From the NCBI GenBank assembly GCA_046563655.1, contig CM102283.1:7006001-7070000 (forward strand): DNA of 64,000 bases, in the 5' to 3' direction. Source of the DNA: Yuukianura sp. NJ FZ-2021 (Eukaryota). Positions within the stretch are counted from its first letter, which is position 1, and each line of letters begins with the position of its first letter. A program made the translations under genes and the position numbers. Positions 54,764 through 64,000 of this stretch are shown piece by piece. Under the pieces are notes generated by a model. It was not told the origin of the DNA. It saw only the letters and a list, made by a program, of their open reading frames with translations, and searched no databases.

Positions 54764-55191
54764 TACGGAAGGAAAATGAAGATCTTTTGCGCTCCATCGT
54801 TCAAACTCCATCGTCACTCAACGTCTCATTTCCAGCTCCAACGTCGTCCATCCCACTGTCAACGTCATTCCCGCCACCGCAGCCACCAGGTGGAGCTCCT
54901 GCGGCCCCACCAGAGTCACTTCGAGAATCCATTCAACCTAACAATATAATTAGCATTGGTAGTCTCCATGTCCAGAAGCATCGTGGTACAAGACAAACGA
55001 CTACAACGTCGGCCAAGAGCAGTTTAAAAAGTTCCGCTGAAGCTACGCAGCCCCGTTTTAGTCAAGAGGAGGTCAAAGGTCAAGCAATTCCGCAATTCAA
55101 ACCAAGTTCAAATTCAAAAACGGAGGATTCAAAAGAAGTGCTGGAAGACAGAGATGAAGTTATAGGACTTGAAGTTACGCGCTTCGGTTAA
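54764..55191 (+). CDS. Shared terminal (constant) exon: xRKENEDLLRSI + Ser/Thr/Pro-rich tail
   Basis: Strong acceptor tactattttgcag|TA (phase 1). Open to TAA at 55189-55191. The ORF-track portion upstream of 54764 is AT-rich and intron-like. Confidence 0.75.
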
Positions 55192-56367
55192 CCTTGAAAT
55201 GTTTTCGTCTGCCAGTGCCCAAGCCCATTTTTGTGAGATCAGGTCAAAGGTCGTATGGATTGGCCGTGTAATGTCAATCCATATACCTTAACCTTACACT
55301 TTGTCAGTCACTTTTAGGTGTTAACTTATATGAATTGAAAGGTGCTTTAATAATATTGAAGGTTAAGACAATCAAAACATAATTTGTAATAATAAACTTC
55401 ATTTTTTGGAGTTTTTGTACTTGAACAACCAATGTTAAAAGTTAAAGCTACATTCAGCGACATTTTGTGAACAAACCTTGGCAAAATCGTTGATTAATAA
55501 GTTACAGTTGAATTATTGTGATACTTAATATGTGCATGAATATAATAATCCAAATCTAGCAACTATACTATACAAAATATTACATTTAGAATGTATTAAT
55601 ATACATTGGAAGTTATCGTGTAATTCCTAATCCTAAAGAAGTTATAGGAAATACATTGACGTAGGATCTTTAGACGCCTTTCTTCCAAAATACGTGTAAA
55701 CATGGATTTCCAAACATGTGTTCCTTTTTTTCAAAATGGAGGGAGATATCTTCCAACATTTCCGTTTTAAAATGCGACAATCGTCTCGATTTCTGTTCCA
55801 AGATTAAATTGTCAACGTAGACAATTTTACTAGTCAAGTGTCGCTGGATCCTCGTAGAAAGTCCTCACGAGCTGTTGACAAATGAAAAGGAATTAATTGT
55901 TATTTATAAATTAAGATTGTTGTTGTACTAGAAGTAATGTTAACAGTTACTAGACGCATCATCGTTAGGAAAACAAAACACTTATTAATAAATTGAACTG
56001 AAGGAACAGCCTTGCGTTTTAAGACAGGAGTTGATGCAAAATTCTACTCAACATTGCTTAAAGAATTGATGTAACATGTAACAACAACACCGATTTTCCA
56101 TGGATCACTTTGTGCATTGACCCCTATGACCATTCTGCGAATACCATCCTGAAAATAAAACGGACAATCTTTCTGAAAATCTAAACCAGTAATAACAGAA
56201 CAAAAAACAGGAGTCTCCTCAAATGAATCTCCTTCCAAACAATACAAAAGTTAACAGCAAAAATACATTTTAATTAGAATATTAAAGAGTAGGGGCCTCA
56301 ACTAACAACATGTCAAGCGGAAGTGGAAACTGACGGTAGTAGTGAAGATGGAAATTAAAAAAGGACG

Positions 56368-57027
56368 TCACTCCAGATCAGCCACCAGTTCCTCAGCCAC
56401 TGTTTGTTTCCTCTGTTTGTTGGGGATTCTGGAACTGTAGTAGTCTGCTGGAGTTTCCACCACTCTGCCCACTTGAAAATACTTGGGGATGGACGTCATG
56501 TTGTTTCTCTTGTAGAATCGTTTAGTCTCCAAAACAGAACGAAGTCGAAGAGCCTCCATGTCGTTCTTCCGTTCGGTTGTCAGTTCTGGTGCTCCCATGT
56601 TGAACCACCCGGGACCATTCGTCTTCTCACGCTCCGCCTTCCGCTCCTTCTTCAGTTGTCGTCTACTCACTGTGGACACTTCCGACGGTTCAATGTACTT
56701 TCCACTCTGCAGCATACTCAGCTTAGAACCCGCCAACAACGCATCCACCTTCTTCTTTCTCTTCCAACAAAAACAAAACGTTTTTACATTTCAATAAAAA
56801 AAACATTTCGACATGACATGAACCATGGTGGAAAGAGTGCTAATGTTAGACTATGCTAACATGTGACTTACGTCTGCGCCAAGTGTGCTCAGTGGACTGG
56901 ACGAAGGTGGTCCAGTTATGCCTGAGGGGCCTTTGACCAAGGACCCCCTGTCCCTTTTCTTAGCGGAAATACGTGGCTCTGGATGTGACTCAGTTGCTTC
57001 TTCAAGTGGACTTGGTGGGACTGGCAT
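56368..57027 (-). CDS. FCF2: Fcf2 pre-rRNA processing domain protein (FCF2/DNTTIP2-like); both ends uncertain
   Basis: KTNGPGWFNMGAPELT...DMEALRLRSVLETKRFYK...PKYFQVGRVVETPADYYSSRIPNKQRKQTVAEELVAD is the Fcf2 signature. The upstream exon ends GAC|gtaagt near 56872 and joins 56760 in phase 0. Confidence 0.88.
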
Positions 57028-58690
57028 GATTTTGGTTTGTGTTCCTTTTTAAGATTATGTTTTACCTACTGAGATTCTTTGCTGACTTCCCCAGTAAAAA
57101 GTGATGTTTGTTTCAAAAGGACGTATTTCCTAAGGGCGATCTCCAATTCGAGTTCCATTGATTGTTAATTAAAAAATTAATTGGCGTGGCGTAAATCTGA
57201 ATTGGAATGCAAAACATATCTAAACAAATGACAAAACAAAACACAAAAAAAATGACAACAACAAGAGTTAATTTTTAAATTCAAAATTCATTTTCGCGCT
57301 TCGTGTCTCTGTTCTCCCCAACTTAATGCAGCACATGGGTTACTCTCGGGTGCGGCACAAGTTTGCCGCTCCCGAGATTTTTTAATTTACTTTTGTTATT
57401 TGCCGCACTCCGTTCCATTTATATCGTGACGCAGTTTTTTCCAATTATACAATGTAAATTGGAACAATTAGTTCTCATATCAATTAAAACATGTTAAAAA
57501 AACTGTAAAAACTGCATCTAATTACTTGTAAAGCCATAATTATCTATATCAATAGAATGTTATCCGCACCTTCTGTGGAGCGCAGACACCGCACCAAACT
57601 AAACCACTCCGCATTTGTAAATGACCGTTGTGGTGGAACGCAGTGTATCGACTATGGAATTTCCCCTGTTCTCCACCCTTTTCCCCTATGCGATATAAGC
57701 ACAACTGTGCAGAATTCCTCAGGAACAACGATTCTCCCCTCCCTCCTTTTCTCTTTAGTTACTCCACTTCTCTTCCTCCACTGACTCAGAACAGTCAACG
57801 ATTGTAAACCCAAGGAAAGTCTTGCAATAACTGTTTATTTATCTGATTCTACCTGTCAATTCTTAATTAAAACTCACCTGTACCATAAACACGCAACACT
57901 CCAGCTACAGACTTCAATTCAAACCAATAAACAAGGTAAGACTGGTTGCAAACCTCCAAAAGTATATCTCTTTTAGTTAAGTGTCTCAATTTAGGTTAAG
58001 TTTAGAAAACAGCCTTCCTTGAATTGTTGAGGTGACAAGAAGGTAACATTGTGGTGAAGTTAGGCAAGGTGAATCACGTTCACAGTTGGATTAATGAGTC
58101 AGTAAAGGTCGTTAATGAATTTGGCAAACACTTAATACAATACATTCTCTTTTTGAATAGAGTAGCATCAACGTCGAAGTTTATGAAGTACTGCTGTTGT
58201 TATTTACGGTGATGGATTGTTTTTTAATTGTGTGTGTTTGCTTTTTCATTAGGTGGTTAGCAGTTGCTCAAGTCCGGGACTGTCTGGAGTCGGAGTTAAC
58301 CGGAACAGGAAATAGTGGTCACCTTTGACTGCTGCTGTGCTGTGAAGTTTAATTTTCTCCAGTTGATTTGGGATTCGGATACAACCAAGGGCTAATCTTG
58401 CTCAACCTGCAACGATAGTCAAGCGAAAACATTCAAAGCGCAAATTTATTCCAGCGTATTTTGTGTAAATAACAGAACTGAAGTGATTCAATTGAACCTT
58501 TATCATCACTTGGTGACTAAGTTGAAGTTATCATCATCACTTTATACTGGACTTCTCGTGCTCAGCAGGGATTAACAGTTGCAATTATCTGCATTGACTA
58601 TTGACTTTCCTTCCTTTGGACAGTTTCCTAGTGATCAGTTTCTATTACATGGAGTCTGGAGTATAGATTTTCAAAAATACTACATTCATC

Positions 58691-58714
58691 ATGAGCTGGG
58701 GAATTGAACTTTGG
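58691..58714 (+). CDS. First coding exon (MSWGIELW) of an F-BAR protein, Cip4/FNBP1/TOCA-1 family; remainder not found in window
   Basis: ATG AGC TGG GGA ATT GAA CTT TGG|gtaaga matches the family N-terminus MSWGTELW followed by a donor. Upstream non-coding exon signals (aag|gtaaga ~57934, cattag| ~58252). Divergent from FCF2. Confidence 0.75.
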
Positions 58715-61700
58715 GTAAGACATCAACATTATTCTTTCAATTTCTCAGTATTTCATTTTGGTTAAGTGTTTTCATCCTAGCCTTGTTATTCCTTCTACTT
58801 TAAACCTAAGGATTTCTGAATACTGCGGGGAACCGACCTAGCTAAACTTAAGTTTGGTTGAGGCGTCGATCGAAGTCCCCTTTTCTTTACAGCCGCCGTT
58901 TCTATTTTTAAAAATCTTGGAAGTAGGTTTGATCATTCAAAGAAACCACTCGATGTTCCACTTTTTGGAAACGGATGCTTATATTTTAAATTTTTGTATG
59001 AACTGAAACTGAAAATACCTAAGGGCCTTCAAGTCCTGACCTTTGTCATGGCCATGTTAAGCCACATGGAAATGCAAGGACTTGGTTTTGGTTTTTGAAA
59101 CAACGCATTTCATTTATTCAGCAAAAAGGAACGGAAACTTTTGTTTCTTGTCTTTCCCAATAATTATTTACTACACTTTAAAATTAAAACCTCAACTTCC
59201 TTCTAATTTAGTGGATTTAAATAGAAACTGTCGCGAGGAAACTTTTTGGAGTGTGGACATCAGTATAATTAAATTTTAAGTTTTCCTCCTCAACTCAGTC
59301 AGTCGATCGATGGCGATGTCAATTGAGTGGAAAATGACGCATTTACTTAGTGGTATAGTTTTTCGCAAGTTTCCGGTTTCAAAACTGTCCACCTCCGCTG
59401 AGAGTTTCAATTAAAATTTTACAGGACGCCTTCGCAATTCCGAAAAACCCGGATTTTTTTTTACTTCATACGTCATACAATGTTGTCATTTTTAAATGTA
59501 AATATGCCATGTCTAAATTTAAATTTATATTGAAAACACTTCCTGCTTCAAGCAATGAAATGAATGACCGCTATGCAAAGATAAACCTACTTTTTAAGCT
59601 GCTTGGAAAACTGGAATATTGAAAGAGGAAGTTTATTGTTTAGTTTTTACTCTAACATTTGCAAGATGCGACTTCTGGTAGCGTCTTAAGCTTGTCCAAC
59701 TTTTAATTTCAACCTGGCACTCGTACTACCATTCAATTGTAATAAGTTATAAAATGGTTGTTAAAACTTATACTGTGTAGTTTTATAACAGTGTAATACA
59801 AAACTTGTAATACAAATTTATGTCAATACATGCGCATGACTTTCTCTGACTCTGGCTTCGAATCCATAATTAGGCAAAACCAATACGTTATCATTCGTAA
59901 CAACTTGGAGAGATGACGAATACAAATTAGAACACGTTTGACGCTAAATTTGGAACAACAAGAGGAAATTTGTACTTAAAAAGTAAATCGATACTGGACA
60001 TACTGGACTGATACTCTCGAGCGCAGCTTAACAGATTGTAATTTAAGCAATGATGCGGGATACGGATGACTTTTATTTGGGTGAAGGACATCACCACTTA
60101 TTGTTGACATTAGATTCAACTTTGATAGATGACAAATCAGGATATGGAGCACGAGGTCATAATCTAACATATCTAGAATACTTAACAAAACAGCAAAACT
60201 AAGATGATGTAAGGTTAAATTGCAAAAAAAGTGAGAACTAGTTTTTTGTGATTAATCTTTACGTGCGTTTGAAACTAAAACCTAAAGTATATTTTGCGTA
60301 ACGATGTACGTGTCCTGTCAGTTCTGGATAGTAGTTTTTTCAGTGTAAAAAATTATACAGTGTAGTTTCCTTCCCACCGTCCTTTCATTGTTGTTCGCAA
60401 AGTTGCGATTTCGAGTTGCGCCTGGTTCATATTTCGTAATGCCAAAAAATGCTTAACTGCAATTAACCAATTATCGTGGTGGTTCCTTGAGTGAGGCAAT
60501 GGGTTTGTGTTGTTATACAGTGTATGACCCGTTGTTGGTCAGTTAGTCTATCCGATGATTCTGGTTTTTGTCCTCTCCTCTCCTTGAATGAAGACGAGGA
60601 TCACTAAATTTCTGATTCTTGTAAATCGTGTTTTTCAAATTTTTTTTGAGTAATTATGTATTTTGGCAAGTAGAATTCCAATGGGATGTGATTCTAAACA
60701 AGCTGGGTTTCTTCATTCATTCAAAGATTTTTGATTTTGAGCTAAGAGGCGTTGAAAAACGGCTCGTTTCAGTCATTCTTAAATATTACCATTGTTTGCT
60801 TGTTTGTAATATTAATTTATGCCGAATGTGTGCGAATGCGTGTACGTGAATGTCCGCGTTTCTGTGGATTGGGCGACTCCCAATCACGACATTTGGACAG
60901 AACGTTTCTTGTGTCTTGTTCGATTTCATGTCTGCGAGGGATTTTGCAGTTTTGCCGTTGGTTGCAAACTTTCAAGACTGCCAGATTCAAAATGCATGCT
61001 AAAGATTTTTAGTTAAGAGGAGATGTGTGACATGTGGCAGGCAGGAAAAAGAAAAGATGATTTAGAAACTTGAAAATATGTTGATGTTGTACATGTAACT
61101 ACTATGTGTGTTAGTGTATGAGTAGAGATGTGAAGATGCGATATTGAAAGTTTAGATGAAAAGTTGCCTAACATTTTAATATGAATCTAATTGGGATTTG
61201 TACATCTTCTAGTTGTGTTGGGCTGAGGGATTATCTGGGTGTTGCAGACGTTAACGTTGGCCTTATTAAACTGAACTTTCCTTGGATGTAGCCTTGAGTT
61301 TTAGTTTTGCCAAACTGTTTTAAGTGGGTCTGAATGCCTTTTCTGCGCTTCTTCTTCTTTTTCCGTTGAATCATATGTAAAACTCTGTCGTTCAGTTTAG
61401 TTTTTGGCAGTGCCAAAATTTAAAATGAGGGAGATGTTTGTTGGAAACTTGGATTCTGGTAGAATAAAATTGGAAAGATGGCAGATGATTTTGGATTTTA
61501 TTTTTATGGTTGTTTTTCCCCGCGCGTAGGAAAAAGCTAAAATTATGCCGTAAAAATTTCTATTGACTAAGAATGACTAATCCTGAGTTGGAGCGGATAT
61601 TGCTTCCTACCTAAAAATCGGATTTTTGGCACAGAATTTTGAGGGATTTTTGGGCGTATCTTTGTGTTTGTAAGTGTTAAAATCGGAATTGGGGCTAAAT

Positions 61701-64000
61701 GGATGAGGTTTGTTTCCTGCCAAGTTTTGTTTACTGATGTCATGAATAGTTTGTGACTTTCGTAGTGAATAGTCTGTGACTTTCCTGATGAATGAGGAAT
61801 GGGGCTTTACTTTAGGTTTGTTAAAGGAGAAATGAGGAATTGGCAAAGTAAAAAGCTAAATGACATCAGAAGTTGACTTCCGTGTATACTTTAAATCTAA
61901 ATTCATGTCATTCAGTTTAGTGTGAGTGCCAAAATGAACAAGGAACGAGTCACAGTCAAAATCGACCGTCACTGAGGTAGATTTTTTTGATGATGGCGGT
62001 TGATTCATAATTGTTTGACTAAGGTGTTCACATAGTTTTGGGTTAAATGAGTAAATATGTTATGTACATAAACGAAAAAGCGTAGTCAAAGAAGTTTTTG
62101 TTGTATTTTTGAAATGTGAATTGAAAAGTCTATGGTTATTCTGTGCGTAGGTTGCGGAGGTTAGGCTAGGATGGAGATTTTTTTTGAGATCTTGGATTAA
62201 GATGGAGTAGGGATGAATGACTGAAATTGGAATTTGGATGCACTTCTTGATTTGGAAGTGGATGAGGAGTGAGGGCGTGACCCCTGTTGTTAGTGTTTGA
62301 CATGTTAGGGAGCTTGGAAGAACAAGAAGGTGGTTTCTATTGTTTGGTTGATTACTGAATACTGAATGCTGAACTCCTGCAAGTTTTATGATCTGGACAC
62401 TAAAAGTGTGTTTTGTGTCCCCTCTGGAATTTTTTGTTCGATCTTTGGTCCAGGGGAGATGAAGGGAGGAGAGAAAGTGGATGTATTGACAATGGGGAAA
62501 GGTACATGGAAGCACAAATTGTTGTTGGGCGAGGTTATGACTCATCCTGGTTTTGGAGAAAAAATATTGAAGTTCTAGGAATGATCAAGTTTCGTTTTTC
62601 TTTTCAAAAGAGGTTAAGAAGTGGTATTAAATGAAAAGATTAAAAGTAATTTGCACTTTGGACTTTGCGTTTTACGTGGGTTTAGTTTTGTGCGTTGAGG
62701 AATTTGGATGTTGCGGTAGCTGAATGCTGTGCTGAGAGTAGAAAAATTTGAGTAGGGGTCAGTTTTTGGGCAATTCGTCATTGAATTTTTATGAATTTTT
62801 GAGAGGATGAACCTTAAAAAGTAAAATCTGTAGGATGAATCTTCGTTTTGCAGAATGATGAATGACTGTACTTGGTGAGGGAGGGAGTTGAGGTCAGTGA
62901 CAACAAAAAGAAAGCGGCTTTTTAAATTTTGAATTTTAAATTGAAAAATACGCACTCACTAAATTTTAAATTGAAAAATCTGTCAGCTTGAGCTAGGTTT
63001 AGATTTAATGGCGTTGAGACACTGTGTCTCTTTGTTCCTTGATTGTGTTGAACGTTAAGCGAAGATGCTTGTTGTTTAGAAAAATTGCTGAGTCATCTTT
63101 GATGTTCTGATGGCGATGTCCGATGCTTGGACATTGAGCTGACTCCGTCTTTTAGCATTTTTGGCAAGGTTCGTCTCGTATCGCCTTGAAGTTTCACTTT
63201 ATCACTTTGGTCGGAACAAGTTAGGAATCTGCTGTAGGATAATATTTGCAGAGTCATCAATCCTTAGTCGGTTGGCTCCAAATTTGGATTTGGCAATTTG
63301 TTGCCAAGGGTGTGACGTACAGACGAAGATTTTTTTGTAAGAGTGAGCACGGAATATGTTCTTTGACGCCAATAAGCTTACAAGAGACGAAGTAATCTGT
63401 TGAAGATGTTTTAAGTTTTCTGGAAAAGCAAGTATTAGGCAGAAGAAGCTGGTTTTTAAGAAAAGTTGATCTTGATTCATAAACAATCCGGTGATGGATG
63501 ATACTTTTTGCCTTTTACGTAATGTGTATGTGTACCAACGTACTTGACGGTTTTCAGTTTGAAGTGTGGTGGTGATTGGGACATGGTAACTAATGTTCGT
63601 CTTCTGTTCAATGTCAAGGTCAAAGTGAAACCCTGCAGTTCCTCAGTTGCATGTTTTCAGATTTATTTTCACTGGCGAAAATATCTCAAGAGCTAAGCGC
63701 AGTGCGAACAAGCACATGTTTCAATGGTTGTTTTGTAAAGTGGAGTTTTTTGTTTGTTTCGAATGATTTCTTCCCCTTCGAATGATTTTTAGTTTATTTT
63801 AGTTGTTTCAAGGTAAACTTAATTTAAAGAGGCTAACCTTGGTTTTTAACTATGATCTGGTTATTTCTGGAAATGGTCCAGAGAAACATTATATTTGTCA
63901 TTTGTCTGTACGTCGTAATGATGAATTGACAAATTTTAGAAGTTTGAAGTCTATTATTAGTGACGCTTAGGCCGAGTGATTACTTTTGACAATTGATTGT

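Noticed and set aside
59000-64000. Short ORFs such as 62060-62545 and 63202-63486
   Set aside because: No homology or consistent splice model, and no F-BAR continuation (DQ...) found; treated as first-intron sequence of the Cip4/FNBP1-like gene.

Overview
AT-rich, intron-containing eukaryotic DNA with mostly 50-100 nt GT-AG introns. The gene content (DUF4789-like protein, astacin, Cip4-type exon) suggests an arthropod; that assignment is inference. Recognisable genes are ILRUN/C6orf106 (+), an astacin metalloprotease with an octapeptide-repeat tail (-), an OATP/SLCO transporter (+), INTS6 (-), a DUF4789-like secreted Cys-rich gene (-), FCF2/DNTTIP2 (-) and the first coding exon of an F-BAR Cip4/FNBP1 gene (+). 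The most unusual structure lies at about 22.9-55.2 kb. Three separate plus-strand units each encode a different disordered N-terminus plus a related transmembrane helix, each ends in a phase-1 donor, and each joins in frame to one downstream exon beginning (L/V)RKENEDLLRSI. This looks like a variable-first-exon/constant-exon locus of single-pass membrane proteins, with two more small single-pass genes and an antisense gene nested in its introns. Other notable items: an orphan protein with 4E-BP-like motifs, a small secreted 4-Cys peptide, a long fold-back at 6.9-7.1 kb, a p53-type half-site array, and a strong excess of AGGTCAAAGGTCA (DR1) elements, some inside coding exons. All splice models were derived by hand and lack transcript evidence.
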